A stretch of 64,000 bases of DNA from Mogibacterium sp. (lineage in GTDB: Bacteria; Bacillota; Clostridia; Peptostreptococcales; Anaerovoracaceae), in NCBI GenBank assembly GCA_017405845.1, contig JAFQZQ010000017.1, forward strand, positions 6,855-70,854, written 5' to 3'. The translations under genes and the position numbers were made by a program. Within the stretch, counting starts at the first letter, position 1. Each line of letters starts with the position of its first letter. The notes under the pieces are model-generated. The model was given only the letters and a program-made list of their open reading frames with translations, was not told where the DNA came from and searched no databases. Of this stretch, positions 1 to 10,540 are shown in pieces.

Positions 1-101
1 ATCGAACCCGAAAGTCCGTCACTCTTACTTGTCTGAAGAAGGATGCTGACGATGAGCACCAGGCTTGAGATCAAAAGTATTACCATTAAAGCGGTATGCA
101 T
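1..101 (-). CDS. secG: preprotein translocase subunit SecG (N-terminal part only; gene runs off the left edge)
   Basis: Absent from the ORF track because it is truncated. ATG at 101-99 with GGAGG (107-111 rc) 5 nt upstream. The translation MHTALMVILLISSLVLIVSILLQTSKSDGLSGS is a hydrophobic TM helix followed by an LLQxxKxxGLSG motif typical of SecG. It lies downstream of tpiA, as in many Firmicutes. Confidence 0.6.
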   Translation of the reverse strand, partial: MHTALMVILLISSLVLIVSILLQTSKSDGLSGS

Positions 102-130
102 TGTGTCCTCCAAAACTTAATTGAAATATA

Positions 131-158
131 AGACGCCCGGATAAAAATCCGAACGTCT
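131..158 (-). terminator. weak hairpin between tpiA and secG (possible partial terminator)
   Basis: AGACG..CGGAT-aaaa-ATCCG..CGTCT imperfect stem. On the minus strand it is followed by UAUAUUUC, which is only moderately U-rich. Confidence 0.3.
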
Positions 159-203
159 AAAAATAACACAATCAATGACTTCGTGTCAAATGAAACAGTA
201 GAT

Positions 204-962
204 TTACAGTGAAGCAGCTGCTTCTGCGATTGCAGCAAAGTCTTCAACCTTAAGGCTGGCTCCGCCGATGAGTCCACCGTTGATGTCAGGCTTCTCAAGG
301 AGTTCCTTAGCATTAGAAGGCTTCATTGATCCGCCGTAAAGGATCAGCATTCCGTCACCTGTTGCGTTGTCATAGATGCCGGAAACAACTCCTCTGATGA
401 ATGCGCACATTTCTTCTGCCTGTTCAGGAGTAGCTGTCTTGCCTGTGCCGATAGCCCAGATTGGCTCGTATGCGATTACGATCTTAGCAGCATCTGCAGC
501 CGGGATATCTGCGAAATCAGCAATTACCTGACCTGCAACGAATGTCTGCTCTCCACCCTGCTCTCTGATTTCAAGAGACTCTCCTACGCAGAGGATAGGA
601 GTGATTCCTGCCTCGATGAGGACCTTGAGTTTCTTGTTTACTGTCTCGTCTGTTTCAGCAAAGTACTCTCTTCTTTCGGAGTGTCCGATAACACAGTAGC
701 CTACGCCAAGCTCCTGAAGCATGGATACCGAAATCTCGCCTGTGAAAGCACCCTTTGGCTCAAAGTGTACGTTCTGAGCTCCGAATCCTACTCCCGATCC
801 TTCAAGACCCTTACCGAGTGCCTCAATGGAGGTAAACGGTGCGAGTACGCATACATCCTTTGCGTTTGGCAGATTCTTTGCCTTGAGTTCTTCAGCAAAA
901 GCTGCAGCCTCAGCCGAAGTCTTATTCATTTTCCAGTTTCCTGCGATCAAAAATTTCTTCAT
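204..962 (-). CDS. tpiA: triosephosphate isomerase
   Basis: ORF-track 204..1034 trimmed to the internal ATG at 962 ([15 protein letters not shown], canonical TIM N-terminus), with a purine-rich RBS at 971-978 rc. Motifs AGNWKMN, IGHSERR, WAIGTGK. Confidence 0.95.
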   Translation of the reverse strand: MKKFLIAGNWKMNKTSAEAAAFAEELKAKNLPNAKDVCVLAPFTSIEALGKGLEGSGVGFGAQNVHFEPKGAFTGEISVSMLQELGVGYCVIGHSERREYFAETDETVNKKLKVLIEAGITPILCVGESLEIREQGGEQTFVAGQVIADFADIPAADAAKIVIAYEPIWAIGTGKTATPEQAEEMCAFIRGVVSGIYDNATGDGMLILYGGSMKPSNAKELLEKPDINGGLIGGASLKVEDFAAIAEAAASL

Positions 963-978
963 TTTTATTTCCTCTCTC

Positions 979-2163
979 TTATTTCTCGTCGATGATTGCA
1001 ATTCCCGGAAGTTCCTTGCCTTCAAGGAATTCAAGGCTTGCTCCGCCGCCGGTGCTGATATGTGTCATCTTGTCTGCGAGTCCAAATTTTGCTACTGCAG
1101 CAGCGCTGTCTCCACCGCCGATGACTGTAGTAGCATCGATCTCTGCAAGGCATTCTGCGATAGCCTTTGTTCCTACTGCGAAGTTGTCCATTTCGAATAC
1201 GCCCATAGGTCCGTTCCAGACAACAGTCTTAGCAGTCTTAAGAGCATCTGTGTAGAGCTTGATTGTCTCTTCTCCGATATCGAGACCCATTCTGTCATCA
1301 GGGATCTCATCCACGTCATATGTAGCGTGAGGCGAGTCGTTAGCGAACTCATCAGCAGCAACTACGTCAACAGGGAGCATGAACTGAACGCCCTTCTCAG
1401 CTGCCTTTGCGAGGATCTCTCCTGCAAGATCAAGGCCTTCTTCGTCAAGAAGTGATTTTCCGATCGAGTAGCCCTGTGACTTGAAGAATGTATATGCCAT
1501 TCCTCCTCCGATGATGAGAATGTCTACCTTATCAAGCAGATTTGTAATTACCGGAATCTTATCTTTAACCTTTGCGCCTCCCATGATTGCAGCGAAAGGT
1601 CTCTGTGGATTATTTACTGCTTCGCCGAGGAATTTGAGTTCCTTCTCAATAAGGAATCCGGATACTGCAGGAATATAATCAGCAATGCCTGTAGTGGAAG
1701 AATGTGCTCTGTGTGCAGATCCGAAAGCGTCCTGAACGAAGATGTCACCGAGCTCTGAAAGCTCTTTTGCGAATTCAGGATCATTTTTTGTCTCACCTGC
1801 TCTGTATCTGACGTTTTCGATCAGCAGCATCTCACCTGCTTTGAGCTCCTTTGCAGCAGCCTTTACATTGTCGTCAACAACAACGTCAGAAGGAACGAAC
1901 TTAACTTCCTTTCCGGTAAGTTCTGCAAGTCTCTTTGCTACAGGTGCCAGACTGAACTCAGGCTTAGGCTCGCCCTTCGGTCTGCCCAGATGCGACATGA
2001 GAACTACGGATGCACCGTTTTCAAGGAGATATTCGATGCTTGGGAGCGCCGCTCTTATACGGATATCATCGGTGATAACATCGCCGTCGAGTGGTACGTT
2101 AAAGTCACATCTCACAACTGCTCTTTTGCCGGCCCAGTCAACGTCTTTAATAGTTTTTTTCAT
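979..2163 (-). CDS. pgk: phosphoglycerate kinase
   Basis: 394 aa. Motifs [40 protein letters not shown] directly upstream (2170-2176 rc). Confidence 0.95.
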   Translation of the reverse strand: MKKTIKDVDWAGKRAVVRCDFNVPLDGDVITDDIRIRAALPSIEYLLENGASVVLMSHLGRPKGEPKPEFSLAPVAKRLAELTGKEVKFVPSDVVVDDNVKAAAKELKAGEMLLIENVRYRAGETKNDPEFAKELSELGDIFVQDAFGSAHRAHSSTTGIADYIPAVSGFLIEKELKFLGEAVNNPQRPFAAIMGGAKVKDKIPVITNLLDKVDILIIGGGMAYTFFKSQGYSIGKSLLDEEGLDLAGEILAKAAEKGVQFMLPVDVVAADEFANDSPHATYDVDEIPDDRMGLDIGEETIKLYTDALKTAKTVVWNGPMGVFEMDNFAVGTKAIAECLAEIDATTVIGGGDSAAAVAKFGLADKMTHISTGGGASLEFLEGKELPGIAIIDEK

Positions 2164-2214
2164 CTCAGCCTCCTCTTTTCAATGTTAGATTGTGAATGAG
2201 TTGTCATCTTTTAA

Positions 2215-2244
2215 ATTTTATCAAATGGCAGAAGCCGTTTACAA
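2215..2244 (-). promoter_or_regulatory. candidate sigma-A promoter for pgk-tpiA-secG
   Basis: Minus-strand TTGTAA (2244-2239), 18-nt spacer, TAAAAT (2220-2215), about 50 nt upstream of the pgk ATG. Confidence 0.35.
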
Positions 2245-2275
2245 GGTTATTTATAATATATATGACTTTTGTGAT

Positions 2276-5053
2276 TTATAATATGATACTTGCTCTGCTT
2301 CCGGCCTCTTTGTCCTTTGTAACTACTATCTGCTTATCAATCCTGGATTTGAGCGCATCTACATGTGAGATAATGCCTACAAGCTTATCTTCATCGGAAA
2401 GTTCCGTAAGTGTGCGTATTGCTTTTTCAAGAGTTTCCGAGTCGAGTGAGCCAAAGCCTTCATCTACAAACATGGTATCAAGCCGGATTCCACCTGCCGA
2501 AGCCTGTACTTCATCTGACAGACCAAGCGCGAGCGATAGCGATGCCATGAAACTCTCTCCTCCTGAAAGAGTATTGACAGGTCTTTCAGTGCCGCTGTAA
2601 TGATCCAGAACACTGAGGTCGAGACCTGAAAGGCTCCGCTTGTCACCCGAAGCTCCTGCCCTAACGAATTCGTACTGCCCGTCAGACATCATCCTCAGTC
2701 TTATATTGGCGCGTCTGATTATGCGTTCAAAATAGAATGACTGCACAAATGCCTCCAGTGTGATCCTCTCCTTGCCCGGGAGTGATCCGTTTGCAGTCCG
2801 GCTCAGGGAATCGATTATCTCATGCTCCCTGCATATACGCTCCAGTTCACCGGCTCCTGCTATAACAGATTCCAAAGCTGCATTGGCCGATTTAAGCTCA
2901 GAAGCAATCTGGATATTCAATTCAGTCAGTTTTTTCTTCTCCGATTCGGCTGCAGCTGCCGCTTCAACGGCTGCACGTTCATCTATCGCTTTAAACCCTT
3001 CAACGACTTTTTCAAGTTCGCTTATCTTGGCATCGTTTGCACGATGTGATGCAGAAGCTTCGTTTACAGCTTTTGTTCTGTCTTCGATCGCATCCCTATA
3101 TTTCTTTGCTTCTGAAGCTTTTTCTTTTCTGCTGTTCTCCGCTTCAGCCTTGCTGCCAAAGTCGAGGTCTTTCTTCACCTGATCATATCTTGCCTTTACC
3201 GCAGCATGCATCTCCCTGAAGGAGCCTATTTCCTTATTTTTTTCGAGAGCTTTTGCACTTATGTCATCGAACGACTTTTGGAGTTCCGGAAGTTCAGAAT
3301 TAAGCTTCTCAGCTACAGCCGCCTTTTCTGAAAGTATTTTCTTTTCCTCACGCAGTATTCCGATTGCTTCGTTCAGTGATTTTACTTCACTCCTGGCTGA
3401 CCCCTCAGCTGCCTGCAGTTCTTCATTACCTGTTTCGCGCAAAGCCGTTGCGCGTGTACTGATAAGCAGAGTTTCAAGTTTACCCTTTGTTTTCTGTGCT
3501 TCTCCCGTCATGCGTGAGGCTTTCTCTCTGACAAGCTTTGCTTCTTTCTCTTTTTCTTCAATACCTTCAGTTGACGGCGCATCCTCGCTTAGTTCTGCAG
3601 GCTTGGGATGACTGAGTGACCCGCAAACAGGGCAAGCTTCGCCCTCAATAAGTGAGCCCGCAAGTATTCCGGCCTGTTCCCTCATGTATGCTGAAACCAT
3701 TCTGCTGTGTTCAGCTTCAAGCCTGTCCGCTTCAGCAAGCACAGGTACCAGCTCTGCCTGTTGTTTTTTAAGAGTTTCATCGAGTTTCAGAGCAGACCCT
3801 ATCTCTTCAATTAGTTTCTCAAGGACTTCAACACGGCTGCCGCTCTTCTCGATAGCAGTGCTGACCTTTATAAGCTCTTCACCTGTATTTTTTAGTTCCT
3901 CAAGTTTAGCTTCACTTTCTTCAATATTCTTTTTTTGTATATCTGCTTTATCCTGGTACTCTTTATATTCAGCTGATTTTGACTTGAGCTTCTGCTCAAG
4001 TCCGGACATTTCACCGGATATCGCGTCAAGCTCATCGTATGAACTCATTGAAGCATCGATGAGAGCCACCTCGTTATCAAGCTTCTCAATTATTCCTTTA
4101 TTCTCATTTGCAGTGTCTAGAGCCTGCTGTGCATCGTGGATCGCCTTTTCAAATGCCGACGCAGCATTTCTAGCGTTCTCGAGACTTAAAACTGTCTTCT
4201 TATGATCATTTGCAAGAGCGATGGTACTGTTTAATTCCTTAAGCCTTCCCTCTATAGCTGAAAGCTCATCAGAAACAGATGAGTACCTTTCTTTTCCTTT
4301 CTCAATGATTGATCCGAGAAGATTCAGCATATCTTCAGAAAGTGATACTTCGCTGTCTGCCCGCTCCTTCAGCGCATCGAGATCAGCTTCAAGATTTTCA
4401 TCAAAGCTGCAGCTGACAGACGAAAGGCACAGGTTCATCGCTCGTATGCTGTCGCTGTATCTCTCCTGGTTTTTCCTGTTGAGCTCTTTTAGTTCGTCCG
4501 AAAGCCTGCTGTATGGCTGTGTATTGAACAGCTTTCTGAAAAGTCTCTGCCTTTCATCAGTACCGGCATTCAGCACTTTTCTGAACTCTCCCTGAGCAAT
4601 CATCGCAATGCTGCAGAACTGACCTCTGTCTATTCCGAGTATCCTTTTGATTTCTTCATTGACCTTTGACGAACCGTCAACCACACTTCCGTCCGATTTT
4701 ATGAGAGTAGCTCCTGCAGTCTGCTTCGTGAAGCCTTCGCCTCTCTCCTTTGCCCTTAAATACTCCGGATTCCTCGTAACCACATACTTGCGCCCGTAGT
4801 ATTCAAACACCAGCTCGACTTCAGTCTTTTCACCATCAGCAGAATACTGTGACCTGATGCTTCTGCTGTCGCGTCCCGAGCCACTCATGTCCCCATACAG
4901 AGCATAAGTTATGGCATCAAAAATAAAAGTCTTTCCTGCCCCTGTGTCTCCCGTTATAAGATACAGGCCTCCACGTCCGAGACTTTCCAGGTCTAAAATG
5001 CTTGTTTTCCTATACGGGCCAAAGCCTGTCATTTTCAGTCTCAGCGGTCTCAT
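2276..5053 (-). CDS. sbcC: SbcC/Rad50-family exonuclease ATPase subunit
   Basis: 925 aa. N-terminal Walker A GDTGAGKTFIFDAITYALYG, a very long coiled coil with a central zinc hook CPVCGS, C-terminal signature LSGGESFMASLSLALGL and Walker B FVDEGFGSLD. Confidence 0.9.
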   Translation of the reverse strand: MRPLRLKMTGFGPYRKTSILDLESLGRGGLYLITGDTGAGKTFIFDAITYALYGDMSGSGRDSRSIRSQYSADGEKTEVELVFEYYGRKYVVTRNPEYLRAKERGEGFTKQTAGATLIKSDGSVVDGSSKVNEEIKRILGIDRGQFCSIAMIAQGEFRKVLNAGTDERQRLFRKLFNTQPYSRLSDELKELNRKNQERYSDSIRAMNLCLSSVSCSFDENLEADLDALKERADSEVSLSEDMLNLLGSIIEKGKERYSSVSDELSAIEGRLKELNSTIALANDHKKTVLSLENARNAASAFEKAIHDAQQALDTANENKGIIEKLDNEVALIDASMSSYDELDAISGEMSGLEQKLKSKSAEYKEYQDKADIQKKNIEESEAKLEELKNTGEELIKVSTAIEKSGSRVEVLEKLIEEIGSALKLDETLKKQQAELVPVLAEADRLEAEHSRMVSAYMREQAGILAGSLIEGEACPVCGSLSHPKPAELSEDAPSTEGIEEKEKEAKLVREKASRMTGEAQKTKGKLETLLISTRATALRETGNEELQAAEGSARSEVKSLNEAIGILREEKKILSEKAAVAEKLNSELPELQKSFDDISAKALEKNKEIGSFREMHAAVKARYDQVKKDLDFGSKAEAENSRKEKASEAKKYRDAIEDRTKAVNEASASHRANDAKISELEKVVEGFKAIDERAAVEAAAAAESEKKKLTELNIQIASELKSANAALESVIAGAGELERICREHEIIDSLSRTANGSLPGKERITLEAFVQSFYFERIIRRANIRLRMMSDGQYEFVRAGASGDKRSLSGLDLSVLDHYSGTERPVNTLSGGESFMASLSLALGLSDEVQASAGGIRLDTMFVDEGFGSLDSETLEKAIRTLTELSDEDKLVGIISHVDALKSRIDKQIVVTKDKEAGSRASIIL

Positions 5054-6210
5054 TCGTCTTCACCCCACACTTTGTCTATCAGGCTGCTTATGAGACCAGT
5101 CTGATCTTCATCCATTGCCTTGCCATTCTGTGCTTCATAAAGGCCGCTGAATATCTCAAGCGGTGTCCTGCCGTCATCTCCTTCGGAATCAGGGACTATT
5201 GCTGCTGCGCGTGTTCTCATGTTGTCATACTCGAGCCGCATTATGTTTGGATAAACAGCTCGGAGACCGGCGAGAGCACCTATAATATCCTCCTCATCGG
5301 TCAGGATTATTCGCATATAGTCTTCAGCATCGATTAGTTTGTAATAACTCTTATCAGTCAACTCGCTGAAACTGCCTTTAACAACGCGCATATCCCTCAT
5401 TGGAACAAGCTCAGGTGTGCGAATATGGACTTTGCAAACACCGTCTTTCTTATCTCCAAACTCAATGATTGTAAGGGATTTAGTTTGATTTACCTCTGAG
5501 AAGGAATATTTGAGCGGTGATCCGCAGTATCTTATTCTTTCAGTTCCTGTTACCTGCGGTCCGTGAAGATGACCAAGCGCTGTATAGTCAAAAGGTTTAA
5601 ATACATACGTGTCAACATTATCGAGACCGCCCACGGATATGTCTTCCGATTCCGATCTGATCGCATCCGTGCAGTATTGATGCGCCATGAGCACATTGCG
5701 CTCATCTGTATTGACATTCATTTTATCTATTGCAAAGCCTACTGCATCTGTAAATGTTGTTATTTCTGCAGCTTTTTCGTCATCCGGGAAAGCCTGTCTG
5801 ACATGTACCGGTTTCAGAAATGGCAGCATGTAAAAGTTGACTTTTCCATATTCATCTTCAAGGCTGAAGCATCGCGTACTTCCATCATAGCCTCCGGCGA
5901 AGTGTATGCCCTGCTTGTCCATGATCTGCGCACCAAATGAAAGTCTCTCCGCAGAATCATGGTTGCCGCTTATTATGAAAACTTCTGTATCTGTTTCTGC
6001 AAGTCTGCTTATGAAGTCATCAAAAAGACTCACGGCTTCTGCCGGTGGGAGTGGCTTATCGTAGACATCCCCTGCTATCAGCACAGCCTGAGGTTCTTCC
6101 TCTTTTATTATTTCAAGTATGCGGTCGAGGATGTATCTCTGATCTTCTATCATTGAGAAATCATTGACCCTCTTACCGATGTGCAGGTCAGACAGATGTA
6201 TGAATCTCAA
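5050..6210 (-). CDS. sbcD: SbcD/Mre11-family nuclease subunit
   Basis: 386 aa. Calcineurin-like phosphoesterase motifs HLSDLHIG, AGDVYD, GNHDS. 4-nt overlap with the sbcC start. Confidence 0.9.
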   Translation of the reverse strand: MRFIHLSDLHIGKRVNDFSMIEDQRYILDRILEIIKEEEPQAVLIAGDVYDKPLPPAEAVSLFDDFISRLAETDTEVFIISGNHDSAERLSFGAQIMDKQGIHFAGGYDGSTRCFSLEDEYGKVNFYMLPFLKPVHVRQAFPDDEKAAEITTFTDAVGFAIDKMNVNTDERNVLMAHQYCTDAIRSESEDISVGGLDNVDTYVFKPFDYTALGHLHGPQVTGTERIRYCGSPLKYSFSEVNQTKSLTIIEFGDKKDGVCKVHIRTPELVPMRDMRVVKGSFSELTDKSYYKLIDAEDYMRIILTDEEDIIGALAGLRAVYPNIMRLEYDNMRTRAAAIVPDSEGDDGRTPLEIFSGLYEAQNGKAMDEDQTGLISSLIDKVWGEDE

Positions 6211-6857
6211 TTGTTTCCTCCGTTTTTGTTATACAGGCACATTGATGCTAAAAGGCAATTGGCGCAGTCCGGCTTGCGGGCATGGCAGACCTTTCTGCCA
6301 TGGAATATCAGAAGGTGGTGGGCTCTGGACCACTGCTCCTCCGGAAGTCTGTCCATGAGACCTTTCTCAACTTCCAGGGGATCCTTTCCGTTGGTAAGTC
6401 CTATGCGATTCGAAACTCTGAATACATGGGTATCAACGGCTATGCGTGCTTCTCCGAATCCTTCTGCAAGTACAACATTGGCTGTCTTGCGGCCTACTCC
6501 CGGAAGTTTTACCAGATCATCATAGTTTCCCGGTACTTCTCCTCCGTAATCAGACACCAGCATCCTGGACAGCGCAACAATGTTTTTCGATTTATTCTTA
6601 TAAAGGCCTATAGTCTTTATGATCTGCTCCACATCTGACGGATCGGCTTCAGCCATGGCTTCAGGCGTAGGGTATTTTGCAAACAGCTGTGGTGTAACCT
6701 TGTTTACAGACACATCAGTAGTCTGTGCAGACAGCATTACAGCTGAAAGCAGCTGAAAGCGTGTACCGAAATCCAGCGCGCATGCAGCTTCCGGATGCAT
6801 GGTTTCGAGCCTGTCCAGTATTACAGATATCTGTGTATCAGGGATAAGTTTATTCAT
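6207..6857 (-). CDS. nth: endonuclease III (DNA glycosylase/AP lyase)
   Basis: ORF-track start 6914 rejected in favour of ATG 6857 (MNKLIPDTQ...), which has an AAGGAA RBS. The longer form would translate through the hairpin at 6881-6903. HhH motif LPGVGRKTANVVL and FeS motif C-x6-C-x2-C-x5-C (CHARKPDCANCLLASMC). Confidence 0.9.
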   Translation of the reverse strand: MNKLIPDTQISVILDRLETMHPEAACALDFGTRFQLLSAVMLSAQTTDVSVNKVTPQLFAKYPTPEAMAEADPSDVEQIIKTIGLYKNKSKNIVALSRMLVSDYGGEVPGNYDDLVKLPGVGRKTANVVLAEGFGEARIAVDTHVFRVSNRIGLTNGKDPLEVEKGLMDRLPEEQWSRAHHLLIFHGRKVCHARKPDCANCLLASMCLYNKNGGNN

Positions 6858-6880
6858 GTTTTTGTTCCTTATATCAGACA

Positions 6881-6903
6881 GGCAGCAGCCGAAAGCTGCT
6901 GCC
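6881..6903 (-). terminator. 9-bp GC-rich hairpin between the M50 peptidase gene and nth (terminator or processing site)
   Basis: GGCAGCAGC-cgaaa-GCUGCUGCC perfect stem. The downstream tract on the minus strand (UGUCUGAUAU) is not a clean U-run. Confidence 0.4.
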
Positions 6904-6915
6904 TTGTTATTCATT

Positions 6916-7536
6916 CTATAGCAATACTCCCACTATCAGGTTTACAAGTGGTGAAATAATCAGGTCTGTCACATTGAATACTATGAGAGCAAGCAGTATC
7001 CATGTGCCGTTTCTGTAGACATTATACCACCATCTGTGTCTGTCAAGCCTGAAGAGCTGTGTGATGATGCCCCATCCGTCGAGCGGCGGACAAGGTATCA
7101 GGTTGAATATCATCAGGACGACATTGATCGAAACGATATAGAACAGCATCAGATACACATTGTATATCAGCTCAGATGCAGCAACACCGTTGAACGCCTT
7201 AAGCATCGCTTTTGCCGGTATTGAAAATGCGATTGCCAGCAACAGGTTCATGGTGACTCCTGCTATCCCGACGAGGAATTCATCCCTTCTTCTGTTTTTG
7301 TAATAGCTCGGATCTATCTGTACCGGTTTTCCCCATCCAAAGCCTACCAGCAGCAGCGCAAGGAATCCTATCCAGTCTATATGGGCAAGAGGATTTATCG
7401 TAACTCTTCCCTGCCTTCTTGGCGTAGGGTCTCCCAGCTTGTCCGATACCCAGGCGTGGGCAAATTCGTGGAAGCTAAGTCCTATTATGATGCCCGGTAG
7501 CATCAGTATTTTTGAAATAATAATATCTGCGTTCAA
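6916..7536 (-). CDS. site-2 protease family (peptidase M50) membrane metalloprotease
   Basis: 206 aa, multi-TM. HExxH motif (HEFAHAW) and NLIPCPPLDG motif. Confidence 0.8.
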   Translation of the reverse strand: MNADIIISKILMLPGIIIGLSFHEFAHAWVSDKLGDPTPRRQGRVTINPLAHIDWIGFLALLLVGFGWGKPVQIDPSYYKNRRRDEFLVGIAGVTMNLLLAIAFSIPAKAMLKAFNGVAASELIYNVYLMLFYIVSINVVLMIFNLIPCPPLDGWGIITQLFRLDRHRWWYNVYRNGTWILLALIVFNVTDLIISPLVNLIVGVLL

Positions 7537-7558
7537 TTTGTAATTCCTTCCCGGTCTG

Positions 7559-8884
7559 TTATTTCACTTCTCTGCCTTCAAGGCTGAATGTCTTGCTTTC
7601 AGTGATCTCTACCATGACCTTGCGGCCCATTAACTGTTCCGGACTTCTGTCTGAGGTAAAATTCACAAGCTTGAAGCCGTCCGTTCTGCCGGCCAGCACA
7701 TTATCGTCGCTTCGGCTCACACCCTCTGCTATCACCTCGCAGATTTTACCCTTATAAGCCTGGTTTTTCTTAAGGCTGATATCGTTCATAACATCAACAA
7801 GTCTGTCAAATCTCTCATGGCAGACTTCATCTGGGATCTGATCGGTAAACTTAGCTGCCGGCGTTCCCTCTCTAGGCGAATAAATAAAGGTGAATGCCGA
7901 ATCGTACTCTACTTTCTTTGCGATGTCTAAAGTCTGCTCGAAATCCTCTTCGGTCTCGCCGGGGAATCCAACAATAATATCAGTGGATATGGTGATATCC
8001 GGAGCTATCCTTCTCAGTTTATCTACGATTTCGAGATAAGACGCCCTGTCATAGTGGCGGTTCATGCGTTTAAGTATTCTGTCGCTGCCGGACTGCACCG
8101 GAAGGTGTATGTTGTGGCAGAGTTTCTCGCAGCTTGTAAAACAATCGATCATCTCGTCCGAAATATCCTTCGGATGTGACGTCATGAATCTTATACGCTC
8201 TATTCCTTCTATCTCATTGACAGCCTTAATAAGGTCTGCAAAGCTGTGACCTTCGGCGTCTCTGTAGGAATCGACATTCTGACCCAGCAGCATTACCTCT
8301 ATAACCCCATCAGAGGCGAGCCTTCTGATCTCATCGCACACATCGCTGAGCATGCGGCTCTTTTCGCGGCCTCTTGTATAAGGAACTATGCAGTATGTGC
8401 AGAAGTTGTTGCAGCCATAAGTAATGTTTACGAGAGCCTTGTGACGGTGCATTCTTACCGGTTTCATGCCCTCTTCGCTGATATCCGGATTGTTTGCTAT
8501 TATAGCGCGCATACGGCGGCCTGTTTTGAGTCTCTCTTCGAGAAGTTCCGGGAACTGAGCAATGTTTTGTGTTCCGAAAACTATATCGACCCAGGCGAAG
8601 CGCTTATTGATCTCGGCTACGACTCTAGGCTGCTGAGGCATGCATCCGCATACAGCCAGCACAAAGTTCGGATTGTTCTTTCTTACTTTTTTAAACTGCC
8701 CGAGCGTACCGAAAAACCTCTTATCGGCGTTCTCCCTTACGCTGCAGGTATTGATTACTGTAACGTCTGCCTTGTACGGGTCATCGATGTGTTCGTAACC
8801 CATCGCTTCGAGAAGTCCGGCGATGTTCTCCGAATCATGCTCGTTCATCTGGCAGCCGTACGTGATTATATGATATTTGCTCAT
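7559..8884 (-). CDS. miaB: tRNA-i6A37 methylthiotransferase MiaB
   Basis: 441 aa. N-terminal MTTase motif TYGCQMNEHDSE, radical-SAM CNNFCTYCIVP, C-terminal TRAM-like domain. Confidence 0.9.
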   Translation of the reverse strand: MSKYHIITYGCQMNEHDSENIAGLLEAMGYEHIDDPYKADVTVINTCSVRENADKRFFGTLGQFKKVRKNNPNFVLAVCGCMPQQPRVVAEINKRFAWVDIVFGTQNIAQFPELLEERLKTGRRMRAIIANNPDISEEGMKPVRMHRHKALVNITYGCNNFCTYCIVPYTRGREKSRMLSDVCDEIRRLASDGVIEVMLLGQNVDSYRDAEGHSFADLIKAVNEIEGIERIRFMTSHPKDISDEMIDCFTSCEKLCHNIHLPVQSGSDRILKRMNRHYDRASYLEIVDKLRRIAPDITISTDIIVGFPGETEEDFEQTLDIAKKVEYDSAFTFIYSPREGTPAAKFTDQIPDEVCHERFDRLVDVMNDISLKKNQAYKGKICEVIAEGVSRSDDNVLAGRTDGFKLVNFTSDRSPEQLMGRKVMVEITESKTFSLEGREVK

Positions 8885-9933
8885 TGAAGCTCGTCCTTCT
8901 TGTCTCTTGACATAAGTGCTTTTACAGCCTTATCAGGCGGCATCTCTCCGTTAAGTACTGCCTGTGTTACCTTGCATACAGGCATTTCAACATCAAGCTT
9001 CTGCGCCAGTTCGCATACAGCATCTGCCGTATAGTATCCTTCTACTACTGAGCCTACTTTTTCTACAGCTTCTTCAGCCTTGAGGCCACTTCCGATAAGG
9101 AGACCGCAGCGTCTGTTACGCGACAGGTCTGTAGAGCATGTAACTATAAGGTCGCCGATTCCCGAAAGGCCCGAGAATGTCTCCTGATTTGCTCCAAGAG
9201 CATTACCGAGTCTCTTGATCTCGTGTATCGATCTTGTCATCAGTGCTGCTCTAGCGTTGTTTCCAAGATTCATTCCGTCTGAAACGCCTGTAGCGATCGC
9301 TATCACGTTCTTTACAGCGCCGGCTATCTCTACTCCAACCATGTCTTCCTGTGTGTACACTCTCAGCTGCTCAGACATAAACGTATCCTGTACGGTCTTA
9401 GCCGCTTCAGTATCAGTTGATACAGCAACTATGCCGGCGGGAGCATTCATGACTATCTCCTCAGCATGAGTTGGCCCTGAAAGTGCAACATAGCTTACAT
9501 CCGGAATGGTATCTGCGGCGACCTCACTCATTCTTTTTAGTGTGCCTCTTTCGATACCCTTTGCAAGATTGACTGCGATTGTGTTTTCGCCAAGATAAGG
9601 TGCAGCCTGCATTGATACTTCACGGAATTTCTGAGCCGGTACGGCAAATACAACGATATCCTTACCGGCAGCCGCTTCGCCAATATCACTTGTATAGATG
9701 ATCCTGTCGCTGAGAATAGCGTCAGGGAGATACCTCTTGTTAATGTGTGTCTCTCTCATCTCATCAAGCGCGGCCTTATTACGGCCATAAAGAGTTACCT
9801 CATGGCCATTATGCGCGAGCAGGTTAGCCATTGCGGTTCCGAACGAACCGCTTCCTATGACGGCAACCTTCTTCGCCTTGTCTCCCAGATCAGGAACTAT
9901 GGTTCCTGCGTAATAATCTATCTGTTTGCTCAT
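8881..9933 (-). CDS. gpsA: NAD(P)H-dependent glycerol-3-phosphate dehydrogenase
   Basis: 350 aa. Rossmann motif VAVIGSGSFGTAMA and the typical GpsA C-terminal domain. 4-nt overlap with miaB. Confidence 0.9.
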   Translation of the reverse strand: MSKQIDYYAGTIVPDLGDKAKKVAVIGSGSFGTAMANLLAHNGHEVTLYGRNKAALDEMRETHINKRYLPDAILSDRIIYTSDIGEAAAGKDIVVFAVPAQKFREVSMQAAPYLGENTIAVNLAKGIERGTLKRMSEVAADTIPDVSYVALSGPTHAEEIVMNAPAGIVAVSTDTEAAKTVQDTFMSEQLRVYTQEDMVGVEIAGAVKNVIAIATGVSDGMNLGNNARAALMTRSIHEIKRLGNALGANQETFSGLSGIGDLIVTCSTDLSRNRRCGLLIGSGLKAEEAVEKVGSVVEGYYTADAVCELAQKLDVEMPVCKVTQAVLNGEMPPDKAVKALMSRDKKDELQ

Positions 9934-9934
9934 C

Positions 9935-10540
9935 TTATTTATCCTTACCGCCTACCGTAAGAGGCTTTTCTTCTCCTTTAGCGATTCTCTTAATATTTGA
10001 CATGTGCATCAGCATCAGGAATGCTGCAGCTCCTATCGAGAAATACAGGTATTCCGGTGCAAAGTGCCATACCAGCAATGGATATGACAGTGCAGCGACC
10101 AAAGACGCTATCGACATCCTGCGTGTAATGCCAAAGAGCACCCCGGCTGTAAGAAGTGCGATCAGAGCACTCGCCCAATTCAGAGCCAGAGCAGCACCGA
10201 AAGCCGATGCAACGCCCTTGCCTCCTTTGAACCCGAAGGCTGCCGGGAAACAGTGGCCGAGTATCACACATGCAAATGCGATCATCGCACCGTATCTGCC
10301 GCCAAAGTGGAGTCCTATCTTTACAGCAACGAGGGCCTTAAGCACATCAACTATGAATACCGTGATACCGGCTCCCATTCCCATTACCCTTATAGTGTTG
10401 GTCATTCCGGCATTGCCGCTGCCTTCCTTGCGGATGTCAATGCCTTTGATCTTCCCGATGATGATCGATGGATTGATATTGCCCATCGCATAAGCAGCGA
10501 GAGCTATCAAAATGAGCCTTACTACTTCTGAACTGCTCAT
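9935..10540 (-). CDS. plsY: glycerol-3-phosphate acyltransferase PlsY
   Basis: 201 aa polytopic membrane protein with the GSGNAGMTN and FKGGKGVA motifs. Confidence 0.9.
   Translation of the reverse strand: MSSSEVVRLILIALAAYAMGNINPSIIIGKIKGIDIRKEGSGNAGMTNTIRVMGMGAGITVFIVDVLKALVAVKIGLHFGGRYGAMIAFACVILGHCFPAAFGFKGGKGVASAFGAALALNWASALIALLTAGVLFGITRRMSIASLVAALSYPLLVWHFAPEYLYFSIGAAAFLMLMHMSNIKRIAKGEEKPLTVGGKDK

Noticed and set aside
86-313. A 75-aa minus-strand ORF overlapping the tpiA 3' end, and the 24-codon N-terminal extension of the tpiA ORF (963-1034).
   Set aside because: The 86-313 ORF is out of frame with tpiA and with the better-supported secG start at 101. The tpiA extension overlaps the pgk coding end, whereas the canonical TIM N-terminus with an RBS starts at 962.
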